A DNA stretch of 64,000 nt from Octopus sinensis (taxonomy: Eukaryota). The position numbers and the translations under genes are program-made. Positions 11,791 to 24,871 of this stretch are shown here, in pieces (position 1 is the stretch's first letter; the number at the start of each line of letters is the position of its first letter). The DNA lies in the NCBI RefSeq assembly GCF_006345805.1, contig NC_043012.1, positions 45,136,001 to 45,200,000 on the forward strand, written 5' to 3'. Under the pieces are notes generated by a model. That model made no database searches. It saw nothing but the letters and a program-made list of their open reading frames with translations, and had not been told where the DNA came from.

Positions 11791-13779
11791 TCTGTAGGTG
11801 AAGACTAGTTCTGTTCCCTGATTCACTCAGGCGAAGCACACAGGCTAAGGAGCAAAACATCTGTCAGTTTGAAATACCTGCTGGCAATACAGAAGTGTTT
11901 CAGCTTTGTGATAGATTTAGAAGAGCTTGCAAAACCTCTGGAATACTGCTGCGTGACACAAAGCATCATTTGTGTTTATTTCACTTGTGGTAAGAAACAT
12001 GGTCAACGTTAAGTCTTCAAGATTTTCTGCCTCTTTATCCTAGACAGCAAATCAATGTAATCAAATAGAAAACAAATTACAAAAGAACATACTAAACTCG
12101 TAAAATATTTTACATTCCTTTACATCAATTAATATGAATTCTTCATCCACCTAATTCATTCCATTATAATGACAATTTACAGTCAAAAATCATTAATCGT
12201 TCCCTTTCGCTCTGAATGGTAGTTTCATCCTGAATTAAGAACCTCCAACGACATACATCTTTATCTGATTTCAATAGAGTTCATTGAAGAAATCTGCTTC
12301 GTTTCTGAATCGTCGGTGGAAGTTAAATGAATAGTGAATAAATTACTGAAATTTAAGGAAGACGTTTTCGCACGCCTACAACGTTTGGAATCTTGGAAAA
12401 TTACTGATCGTTAGCTGGTAGCCCTGTTATCTGAATGTAGACGGCCATCTCTTCTTAATATCGACAACTCAGCTTCAGTTAATCATGCAGATACACGTCT
12501 TTATTCATTTGTGTCTATATAGAAAAATATTCCTACTTGAACATAACTCAGGGAAGCTTCAGCTCATGTCATTCTACTATAACATATGATGACTTTATTT
12601 CTTTTTGCCTTGCGTATATAGACTCAGGTGTATCTCAAAGCTGGGATAACATGTCTTTCTTCTCTACTGATCTACTTACTATTAATTCAAACCACCTTAC
12701 TTTCTCCATAGGACACATACACAGAATACTCACAAACACAGAAACACCCACACATTTCATTATAGATTGGGTTGGCTCATGATTTATTTACATTTCTGTG
12801 TACGAATATACATAATTATACATTCAGGCATACCCAAACACGTCTTTAACCTAGAAAACTTTCAATCTGTATATAGTTCAATAGCAGCAAACGAAATTTC
12901 CCAAATGAATTTTTTTAATGCTATTCTGGAAGCATTATTTCTTGTTTCAGAGTGGAAAGGAAGCGAAAGTAAAATGTGTGTTATGATATTAGCATATGTC
13001 AAAATGTGATATTACGTCATGCTGAAATTAAGTGTCGATTTATTGTGGTCCGACATAATCCTTCGTGGCAACATCAGTTGCTTTTATAAGATTATCAATT
13101 TCGTTTTTAACTGTAACAGCTGGATTACTGTTAATCCCCAACCTTCCTGATTTGATGTTTATTTAAATGTATTTTATTTTTCATTGTGCAACCGACGAAG
13201 CAAGTTGGATAAAACTTTTAATTAGCAGCCCATTACATCCGAGTTCATTTTAGATGCAGAGTATGTAAAGCTGCTTGCGTCAGCTTAATTAACTCTACAA
13301 ATTAGCCAGATGTGTTTAGAGCATCTCTGTTAATGGCAGACGTTTTAAAATGGGTAGATTTATAAAAAACTTAAACATAAGTCTCGCAATTAGCATTAAA
13401 TAAACGACTTACATGCAATATGTAATTAATTAAATTGTAAAGTATTGCTTATGATTCCCTTCAATAGAAATATATCAAGAATTAGATTTTATGTCATATG
13501 CAATCCTTGGGATTGTTAAATAATTAAATATCTATAATATATTAAAGGTTGTTTTGAATCTTCTTTTCCATTTACTAAACCTTTTAGAATCATGAATATT
13601 CATATAAATCACATAAGAAAACTACAAAAAGAAATAAATGAATAACAACAATGTTCTGCTTTGCCACCGAACGGAAACTACCTCGGTGAAAAAGAGAAAG
13701 TCCTTTCCCAAAGAAAAAAAATTCCCTCACGTGTCCAACGCTGCTGTTACCACCGCTGCCACTGCTAGTGTCGCTGATG

Positions 13780-13923
13780 TTATTACTACTGTTGGTGTTG
13801 CTGCTGTTGCTGATGTTGCTGCTGTTACTTCTAACACCACCATCACCACCACCACAAGCACCACCACCACCGCCGCCGCTGCTGCTGCTGCTGCTGCTGC
13901 TACTACTACTACTACTACTACTG

Positions 13924-13961
<38 letters not shown>

Positions 13962-13985
13962 GTCGCTGCTGCTGCTGTTATTGCA
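13780..13985. repeat. Compound trinucleotide array (GCT/ACC/ACT)n
   Basis: Directly visible. Confidence 0.9.
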
Positions 13986-15558
13986 GTTGCTTTTGTTTGT
14001 GGTTGTGAAGTTTTGTACTCCTGGCTTTAAATCGTGAAGGGATGGGTCCAAAAAATGGGATGCACTTGACTGACAGCACAATGCGTAGTGTGTGACCTAC
14101 TTCAAGAAGTGCGATCTTGTGGGGTGCATAAATATCGATGTTGTTCGAGATTCAGTTTGTGTGCATTTCCTTTACATTCATCACGAATCCTAGTGGTTCT
14201 GAATGCTATCATTTTTTCACTCTTTATATTTCACGCCCTGGTAATTTTGTACTTAAGCAGCTTCCGGTGACTTTCAAGGAAAGGTTCTTTTCGGAAAGTA
14301 TTGCAAATTCCAATAAGTATACACCTTTTCTTTCCGTTCTCGATAACAATGTCAAGCCCGTTATACCTTTGTACATGTGATGAATATATCTGAGAGGATA
14401 CTGACTACATTGTTGTCAGTGACCGTATTTAGTTGGTGAAGTTACCATTTCTTAGCTGTTTAATTTTATAAGTCTTGCATAATTTTCTTGTATAAATACG
14501 GTGCTGTCTTGCTATGTCTCCGAATGCATCCGGCCATTGCTAGTTCCACATATCAGGAAACAATTTAACCGAAAATGTATTTTTATGTTTTTCACAGATT
14601 TGCATTGTCGATCTCCTTTAGTTCATTGTGAGTGTTCTACCTAACCTGTTTGCATTGCTGAGTTTTGCTAATTTCTCGAGGCAGCTCAAAATAATGTTAC
14701 CTCTCCGGCATTTACGTATTCCAAATATTTAAAGGTATTCTTAACATTGAGTTTAGAATTGAGCATTATCCTTCAGCTTTGGAAATATAGTCTCCTGAAT
14801 CAGCTTCCAGGACTTTCAGATATATCCATCAACTTTTCTTTTGCTCAGTAGATTTTTCCCGTTACGTATATAGTATTTTCTTTTTACATCACATTTGTTT
14901 CACACTTATGAATATAAATTCCATTTTGGCGTCATTGACAAACACACTCACGGAATGCACACGGTTATTCTATCCTCTATCAGTCTTGATGTGAAGCTGT
15001 AGATCATTCATAATCTATGGTTAATCATATACTGGTATTTTATTAGAGTATGTCTAGATTTTCTCTGAGATTTAGAGACAGAATGACAAAAACACTAAAA
15101 AAACAGTAGAAATGATAGGCTATAACGTCGAAAGGTACCCTGGTGTGTTTTGACTTTCTCAAATGGGTAAACTTCTGCTATTAATTTTGTTTCTCAATTT
15201 TCCTTTTTTTGTTTTTTTTTTATCCATCCGTCCCTTTTCTCTTCCAGTTCCCTATAAATATCCTTTCAATTTAAAGTTGGTCTTTTGTCACTTTTGAGTT
15301 TCTACAGTACACTTTCTGCTTATTATGGGTAAGGCTGAGTCCCTCTAAGTTCTCATAGATTTTATTCCCAAACGTAGTTCTAACAGTTCCCAGAGAAATG
15401 CAAACAAATTATCAATCTCTGGCTTCAGACCTCAGTACCTGTTTGCAATGAACATCAACAGTTTTCTTAACAGAAAAAGTAATGGTACATCATGAAAAAT
15501 ACGAATATGTTCAAGTTGTACACGTGCTCAGCAACGATTTTCCAAATAACAAAACACA

Positions 15559-15735
<177 letters not shown>

Positions 15736-16341
15736 GTAGTAGTAATAGTCGTAGCAGTAGTAGCTTGAATGTGATAATAACGATTTTGATGATGTCACTA
15801 ACGTTTCCTTTCTTCTACTTGATCACTGTTTTCTTCACACTTGAAGCAGATAAATATTCCTAGCTTTAAGATAAATACTTTTTTTCTCCATCGTTGATAT
15901 TGTTGATATCAAAGGTGTTGCTGATGTCGACGAATTTGTCAGTATTTCTAGCTAATTCCCTGAGTGTTGTTGACACCACGAAAATAATCTGTTGGATATA
16001 CTTATTAGTGTTGACTGTTATGTGAATTGCTATTTACACTGTGGCTGTTAATATCATTGACTACCACTTGAACAAAAGTATTTCGCATCTAATCTAATAT
16101 GCCCACTTTTATTCGAGTACTCTACAGCTATAACGCTAATCTAATATCCACAGTACGCACGGAATAAACACTTCCATATACACACGTGCACACGTGCAAA
16201 CACATACAGTAATGAGAAATGCACATGTCCCCACAGAGACACACTCATAATTATATATATATATACACACGCATTTACATGTGAATTATTAACTATACCT
16301 ATGTGCACATGTACGCGTATATATGTATAACCGTACATGGG

Positions 16342-16344
<3 letters not shown>

Positions 16345-16413
<69 letters not shown>

Positions 16414-16620
16414 CATATATATATATGTATATATATATATATTATATATATATATATATATATATTACATATATATGTTATATATATACATAAATATGTA
16501 CGTATATGGATGAATATATGTACATATATATATATATATATAAATATATATATATGTGTGTGTGTGTGTGTTTGTGAATGCATGCGTGTGTATGTATGTA
16601 TGTGTGTGTGTTAGATACAT
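16345..16620. repeat. (TA)n/(TG)n low-complexity tract
   Basis: Directly visible. Confidence 0.95.
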
Positions 16621-18126
16621 ATAGCAAATAGGAACATATAAAAACCACATCACAATTTACTTAATTTCTTTTTCAGTGTGCTCCATTACTAATTCGAAGT
16701 TAAGATTCTGTGAAATAAATGAACGCAAATGATCCCAAGTATGCTTATATGTAGAACATATATGCATAATTACACTACAGTATCCTTCGGGACGTCGTGA
16801 TGTCTTCGGCGACTAGTGTAGAAGCTAAGATTTTCTTATTAAAACCTTACAATAAATATCTGTCGACCACTGGACGTTGATATGAAAAATACTAGAATGA
16901 ACAATGTAACGATGCGTGCATGTTTATACTCAACCAAAAAAGAAATTCTATTTTATAAGGATTGAGAAGATATTGCCGAAGTGATCGGCGAGGGATGATA
17001 ATAACTTAGAAAAATTACAAAATCAAAGAACAAATATGTCCTCTGAAATAACACTACTGCACACAGATAATAATTGTTAGGAATATAACCCATAAATTTA
17101 TGAGAGTTAAGCCATACACCTGCATTACTATTAATTGAAAAGCCAAAATTATAGCAGGCCAACACGAAATTGATGTTAGATGAAAGTAACTAGCTAAGGC
17201 CCAGACACTTATAACTACCAAGAATCTCAAGGATGGTCTGAATTATTTTAACTATGAATCTGGGTTTCTTAATAATTTACTATTTAATAAAATTAATCAA
17301 GATATTACATAAACCATTCTCCTTCAGTGATGGCATAATAGAAAAATTCTAAGCTAATTTAGAAATGTTGAAAGCAACATAATACCAATTTAGACTGTTT
17401 GAAAAAGTAGTCCTCTACTTGTTTTTCTCCAAACCCCTTCGCTGTAAAGAATTTTATTTCATGTTATTATATAGTAGTGCAGTTAGGAGTGATACACATG
17501 GAGAAAATCACATGGAATAATCTTGCTTTGAGATAACGATTCAGTGTGTTATAGAAGATCCAACTCAAGCCGACCAAATTCTTTAAAGATAGCATGGGCT
17601 CGACGGACAGAGCGGCAGATGCGATATTATTAACTTTGTAGTCTCTAATCACGTTTAGAGGAAATCCAACTTCAAGTAATTGCAAATTATAAAATTAGAA
17701 CGACTTAGCTGTGTTTATGTTCCTAGCAGACAAATGCTAGAGATGTCTTGCAAACAACTTGCACATGCAAGTGCTACCAGTTAAAAGCTCCGTATACTTT
17801 TAACCAATAAAGGTATGATATATTATTCTTCAGCATAGCAGGATTGAAAATCACTATCGCAATAAATATTACCGTAATTAACTTCTTAGCAGTCTTTCTC
17901 AACCATAGCAGTGAGCTACAAAAACCCTTTAAAAACCTAAACGAGGAACTCTTTTCTATCACTCAGGATGATACTACCAACCAGTATTACTCTGAAAGCT
18001 TGTTGTGAATATCAGCATGAGAACATCCATGTAGGTGAAAAGGAATCTGTTATAAGGCAGCCACTTATTAATATAGCGCACTAAACATCAGTGGTTTTAA
18101 GAACAATTTTGTATATTTACTCTTTT

Positions 18127-18170
18127 ATTTGTTTCAGTCATTTGACTGTGGCCATGCTGGGGCACCGTCT
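18127..18170 (-). mobile_element. SINE family B 3' tail only
   Basis: ttgtttcagtcatttgactgtggccatgctggggcacc is the reverse complement of the family B terminus. Confidence 0.7.
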
Positions 18171-19574
18171 TTATAAAGACAGACAGGCATGCATTTCACC
18201 TAGCGCGCTAACGTTTCTGCAAACTCACAGCCTATCACTAAAATTATAACTAATTGTTCAAACATCTCCATATTCTATTTTAATTTGAAGTCAAATGTAA
18301 ACAAGCAGTTTTTCAGCCACAATTATGAGAGTTTATTCAACATATAAAACATATTAATTTGGATAAATCGGTTCTTTGGACTATTCTATAACTTTATTTT
18401 CTAGTTTAACTCCGAATTATGGCTTAACAACGCAAAATTAGGAACTATACGAAACACAAATCCACATTTTTGTTTTATTTAGTACTCAGTACAGTGTGTT
18501 GTTATGTACTCTCTGAGGTAAATCATGTTGTGTTCTTGACTGCAGACTTTGTTTTGTTTTTGGCAAACCTAGCCTCATAGCAGAGATTTGAAGAAACCGC
18601 TTTCTGGTCTAGGATTTCGTGTGCACATTGTCGAGGAAATAAATGTGCTTGATTTTGTAATGTGTTCAGAAATAAATGAGAAAAAAGTATAGGTCGTAGG
18701 AAATGGAAGATATACATTAATCCTTAGTGTTATTAGTTTTGGGGATACCGTTGCACAAACGATGCAGTGATATTAACTGCGTCAAATGTGCTACAGATTA
18801 CGGAATTATTTCACTATTTTAGAATTTCGTCTTTTGCAGTGTTACTGTCAGAGATATCGTGGATTATAAAACTGCTGTTTCGCTTCGGGACCTTGTTTCC
18901 AAGGAAATATATCTCGTCACTAAATTTTGTTACTCTGAGAAAATAGGTCTAGCCTGGTAAACTGAGCAGTGTTGTTGACGTTGATTTTCTTGTCTTATTT
19001 CTATGTTTTGACGGAATGTGTACATCTTATCTAGGACATCTATAATGGAAGAATTTTACCGTACAGACAACAATAGAATACATTTATTGCTGCGAGTAAG
19101 CTATTTCACCTGCAGAAATAGTCCTTTGTGTTGAGAGCCAAATTTCCAAATACAAGAAACTGAGCAGCAAAGAAGTATTAAGCACGTAATCTTTTATAAC
19201 ATTGATTACTAGTGTAAAACAGTTGACCACTTCTCTGAACGAGTCAAGAAGCGTTTCGACAACGATAGTTTTGAGCTAATTGGCAAAATGCATGCTAGTA
19301 ATCGAAGGGACTTTGTTCTTTGTCAATGGAGCAAAACAGATTTTACTTTGAGCATCGCAAAAACCACATCCGTGCAAAGAGATCCAAGCTCTTTCCATTG
19401 TATTCTTTGTTTGTGAAGTAGGCTGAAACCATATCAATGTCCCTTGTTATGGGTGATTCAAGCAGCCAGCAAAATACAAAATTATCCTTCGGTTTATCAT
19501 CAACAGCCTAGCGAGCAAAGCTGATCAACAAAAGAGAACTAGCAGCCGTGACATTGAAACCGAGATAGCAAACG

Positions 19575-19634
<60 letters not shown>

Positions 19635-19952
19635 ATACCCACAACGACCTCGAACCCACAAAAGTAAACAAGAGAGACAGAGACAGGCAGAAACAAAGAA
19701 AATGCCCCTTGTATTTGAATACAATGCAAATATTCTTTTAAAAAACATTTCTTTCAATTTTTCAAAAATTTAATTGTTTTCCATACTTACAGTTGAAAAA
19801 GTCTCAATAACTGAAACCGGTAATGAAATGTTTTATATAAAATTATTTTAGTATTTTCTACATTGACTTTTTTTTCCATGTATATCAAACTACATTTTCT
19901 ACATTACCTTTTTTCCATGTATATCAACTTGTGTTTTCCTTTTCAACCTTCT

Positions 19953-19985
19953 ACACACACACACACACGCACACACACACACACA

Positions 19986-20050
<65 letters not shown>
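19953..20050. repeat. (CA)n(TA)n microsatellite
   Basis: Directly visible. Confidence 0.95.
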
Positions 20051-22476
20051 ATATATTTTTTAACTTTTTAAAATATTTACGTCGTTTTTAGAAGTGTTCA
20101 TTGTATAAATTTGTTGGCTCTGCGTCTGTAATACACTGTAGAATAATCATGTCTATTAGAACATTATGAATATAAAAATATGTACCCTTTGCGATTAATC
20201 AACCCACATCAAAGATTTATATTTGGCTAAAGGCCTACTACAATATCACAAAAGAAATAGAACCTGATTCAGCTTGGCAATCTAAACTAAACTGAGATGA
20301 GATAATGATAACCTGAACTCAGTTGACCTCACGTGGTAGAGAAGGGCACTGATTTCTACTTATGGTTTACCCTTTTTCCTATTGCTTTCTTGTACTTATG
20401 ATTTCGCACCTCCACATTGTGTCATCGTATTTTCAGTGGAGTTCGGAAGGAAATGTGAAAATGATAGATCGTGAAGAACTGGTGAAGTATGGGCTTGGTG
20501 AAGCTCATGCCTATTTGTAAACTGCAGTAATTCACTGCTACACAGTAACCATAGTCTACACTCTCTGTATCACCAGGTTTCTGGTTCGCAAACTGCCGAT
20601 TTGAAATATTTACATAGAACAATACGAACAGACGAGTCTAAGCACAGTTGACAGTCATCTCCACTCCCTTTCTATCCTCCTCTTTCCCTTCCTCTTCCTC
20701 CCCTCCTCCCCTCTCACAACCCACCACAACACCCCCTTTCTTCCCGTCATGTCCTCCTCCCCTTCCTCACCTCGCCTCCTCTATCACCACCACCTCCTGC
20801 TGCTGGCGCTGCTGCTATTAAGAAATTATTTACGCGCTTTAAAATACGAAACAAACAATAGCAACAACAGCAACAACAGTGATAAAATAGTTGTATATAT
20901 CTAAAAAAAAAACTTATTGTTCATGAAATTTGGAAATATTGCAATAGTTCCATTTTTAATATGTTCGAAATGAGGTCAGAGCGATATGAGCATGGACTTA
21001 GAGAAGATTGGTATTTCAATGATACTACATAATTGATAGAATAGAGAAGAGATTGGTGAAGAAATAGGGTCAACGATAATCCCTCAGGAGGGGTACATGA
21101 AAAGTTCACTGAGTTTAAATATCACGTAGGGTCTGGGAAATGATGCAAAGATAGCTGTAAACGGGAACAAATCATGAAGCATTTCGCAGATATTACACTA
21201 ACGATAAAAGATAACAAAAAAAAAAACCATTCATTTATTTACCAAAAGGGCGGCCGATGAGGGTAGGTAAAAAAAGACAAATTACAAAAACAGTGGAGAA
21301 AACGGGAATGAATGACATCAGTATAAAGGTAGAGGAAACAAAAGATCCGAATTAGGGACAAAAACGGGTAAACCTCACTGATCCCGCATAAACCCTATTG
21401 CTAAGTGCAAGTGTACTGTCTTTGTTGTCTTCCTCGGTCTATAAGTGACATGTTGAAATACACTCATTTACTCGGATCATACTGTTTCCTCTCACCCATA
21501 TTTAAACAAATCTATTGTATAGGAACACCTTCATTTTCGGTTTCATCTAGCTTCTATATGAGAAAATACTAAAATAAGAATTACGAAATAATAGTAAGTT
21601 ACTGAAGTAACAATTTATCCGGAGTGGTAAATAATTTCTACCATCAGCAACAGTTGTGAAGTGAGTTAAGCCAAGGTGCTGACTTAACTTTCTCCACAAC
21701 GTTAGCGTTTGAAAAATAACTGCTTCGTAACTTAGATTTGGTAAGAAATTCTTAAACACGTTCGTTTAACTTGTAACGTAGGAATGCTACACGTTGGCCT
21801 CGTTTTGTTTTGATATCTATTATAAGTTTTTATAGCCATAAATACATTGTAGTGGGCTTTTATAAATGCCATTATACTATTTCACAGTTCTCCATCTAAA
21901 TTGTACTCAAGTATCTTGGAGACAGACTAATTTTACGGTCATGAACAACATATTCAATATATCGGAAGAGAAGACTACAACATCAACTATCGACTATAAT
22001 ATCTATATAATGCTGGCATAAGGGCATTATACCAGCATTATATTTACACAACGCATCGTTCCTAACTTGTTCGATTCCTTTTCCTCATCAGAATTAGGCT
22101 ATCATTCCTCATAACTCGTCAGCTTAACCTTAAACTGAATATAGCTCCCTTTTTTAGAACACCAGTTAAAATTGATATCGGCTCTAAAAACTAAACAGTT
22201 ATTTTATTTAGAAAAATGTTTGTTTACGTCATTGTAACAACTACTGCAGCGATCCTTTCTTCCTGCAACATCTACAGCAGCCTTTTCACAAAGCGCTGCA
22301 AATATCGACGTAATCAGACTTTTTCTTAGGCCAAATTGCGATGTAGACTATCAAAGAGCTCGTAATACTTTGTGATTTAAAACTGAAACATAATAAGAGA
22401 AACTTCTTTACATATGGTAATCAAGATAAACATGTTTTCTTTTTGGAGCCCATTAATAGGGTGATTGCTTCAGCGT

Positions 22477-22477
<1 letters not shown>

Positions 22478-22542
<65 letters not shown>

Positions 22543-22550
22543 TGATGATG

Positions 22551-22596
<46 letters not shown>

Positions 22597-22622
22597 TGAT
22601 GATTGTAATAATACTAATGATG

Positions 22623-22677
<55 letters not shown>

Positions 22678-22710
22678 CAACAACAACAATAATGATAATA
22701 ATTATAATAA
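22478..22710. repeat. Imperfect (AAT)n array, left edge of the Dong nest
   Basis: Directly visible. Confidence 0.95.
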
Positions 22711-22714
22711 TATA

Positions 22715-23222
22715 CAGTACCAGGCAGTGGCTCTCTTGGCTTCTGATCTTAACTGATTGGAAAGTGTTATCATGTACATTGTTTTGTCTTGGTATAAAAG
22801 ATGGGCTACAGCAAATATTCTGCTCAATACCACATATTTGCTTGTCAGTTGTTTGACCTTAACCAGTTGAGCATGTCCTTTAGTGGCTGACGATATGTGC
22901 ATATCTGATCATTGAGAGGGATTCTTTGGGGTTTGAATAATTCACCTCTGGAAACATGGGTGTTTCGTTCAACATCCTTAAATAATCCTTATTTAGGGAC
23001 CTTTTTGAGCAGGGTGGGTTACTCGAGCAGAAGAAAATTCTAACTAGGCTCCACCGGCAAGGTCAAGAGCTGTTTATCTTGATATGAGATCACCATGTCG
23101 CGCACATATGGTTGTGATGCATGTGCCTGGTGTACCCTTATCAGACTGGTAGTCATGATGGGTATACTGGGCTTCGTATTTTTTACCCGAGTGTCACTTT
23201 GATTGCATGCACTGCTCTCTCA
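22715..23222 (+). mobile_element. ~560-bp TAA-embedded non-coding element (copy C) with an internal deletion of about 37 bp
   Basis: Reverse complement of 5572-6087 plus 5460-5490; ends ctctctcactc followed by (AAT)n. Confidence 0.7.
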
Positions 23223-23267
23223 CTCAATAATAATAATGATGATAATAATAATAATGATGATGATGTA

Positions 23268-23352
<85 letters not shown>

Positions 23353-23359
23353 GCAACAA

Positions 23360-23986
23360 CAATAAGGATGTGCTCTGAGAAGGGAAAAAGTATAAGCCAT
23401 ATTGTTAGTGAGTGCTGTAAGCTCGCACAACGCAAACATAGAAGGAGACACGACAATGTGGCTAGATATGTCCACTGGCTGTTGTGCCGCAAAGCAAACT
23501 CCGAGAGAGCCGAACAATGGTATGAACACAAGCCAGAGGGAGTAATGGAAAACGAACATTACTAAGTACTCTGGGATGATAACATGCAGTGCGTCCAAGT
23601 CATAGAGGCGAGACGGCCAGATATCGTGACCATCCATAAAGATGAAAAAGAAGTGAAGGTAATAGATGTTGTAATACCAGGCGATTCAGGGGTGAAATGT
23701 AAGGAAACAGAAACGATTGAGAAATACCAGCCACTGGGAGTTAAGATAGGAAAGTTATGGGGCATCATACTGGTGGTAATTGGAGCATTAGGAGCAGTTT
23801 CCAAGGGCTTTGAAAAGAATACTGGAGCTGGTGTCAGGCTCGAAGTGGGTACAGCTCGCATTCTAAGGAGAGTATTTTCTCTTTGAGTAACAGGAGATGT
23901 TACTACTTGAAACCTTTGGTGATTTGTTATTGGCTGCTTTCAAGTAAAGAATAACCGGTAATTAAGAACTATTCGAGAGTCTTTCA
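23360..23986 (+). mobile_element. R4/Dong 3' fragment (CCHC, REL, 3' UTR), 5'-truncated
   Basis: SHIVSECCKLAQRKHRRRHDNVARYVHW...WYEHKP; ARRPDIV...IDVVIP...EKYQPL...VVIGALG; flanked by (AAT)n. Confidence 0.9.
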
Positions 23987-23999
23987 GAATAATAATAAC

Positions 24000-24066
<67 letters not shown>

Positions 24067-24098
24067 TAATAATAATAATAGATAGATAGAGATAGAGA

Positions 24099-24535
24099 CA
24101 CAGATAGAGAAATTAAGGCCAACAGACCAGATATAGTTGTCAGAGATCATGAAGAAAAAAAATGCTTTCTAATTGATGTATCAATACCGGCAGATGACAA
24201 CGTGTCTCTAAAAGAAATGGAGAAACTCTCAAAATACAAAGACCTGGAAATAGAGGTAACTAGAATGTGGAACCTGAAAACAGAAACAATTCCTATCATA
24301 GTAGGTGCATTAGGCATGATAAAAAAATATTCAGACAAATACATAAGAAAAACACCAGGACTTACAAACACATATAACATACAGGAAATTGCACTACTAG
24401 GCACTGCACACATCCTACGCAGAACACTTTCCATACAATAACCATCAGAGCATCACAACAAATCACAGCACATACCCAAGGCACACAGAGCTGCGCTCGG
24501 TAGTGAAGTGAAAGCACGCTATAAAAATAAAACTA

Positions 24536-24540
<5 letters not shown>
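24099..24540 (+). mobile_element. R4/Dong 3' fragment (REL and 3' UTR), a different subfamily
   Basis: TDREIKANRPDIVV...LIDVSIPADDNV...EKLSKYKDLE...PIIVGALG...LLGTAHILRRTLS*; tail actactg(AAT)n. Confidence 0.9.
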
Positions 24541-24567
<27 letters not shown>

Positions 24568-24723
24568 GGGGGTGGAATAAGGCATTCAATGATGAAGGAA
24601 AGGATCAGGAGAGAATGTTATCGCAGAGTAAGAGCAATACTCAAGACAGAGCTGAATGCAAGAAGCAGGATCGAAGCGATCAATGCATTAGCCATACCAG
24701 TCGTGACTTACAGTTTCAATATC

Positions 24724-24724
<1 letters not shown>
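24568..24724 (+). mobile_element. Internal R4/Dong RT-thumb fragment between TAA arrays
   Basis: MKERIRRECYRRVRAILKTELNARSRIEAINALAIPVVTYSFNI; homologous to the reverse complements of 25797-25900 and 63330-63460. Confidence 0.85.
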
Positions 24725-24760
<36 letters not shown>

Positions 24761-24787
24761 GTAGTAGTAGTAGTAGTAGCAGTAGTA

Positions 24788-24870
<83 letters not shown>

Positions 24871-24871
<1 letters not shown>

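Noticed and set aside
13590-14081. Ser/Gly/Thr/Ala-rich ORFs on both strands
   Set aside because: Translations of a compound trinucleotide microsatellite; no splice or domain support.
20960-21110. Mariner-like end (gagggtacatgaaaagttc) and a weak YSPDL-like peptide
   Set aside because: No partner TIR and the similarity is too weak.
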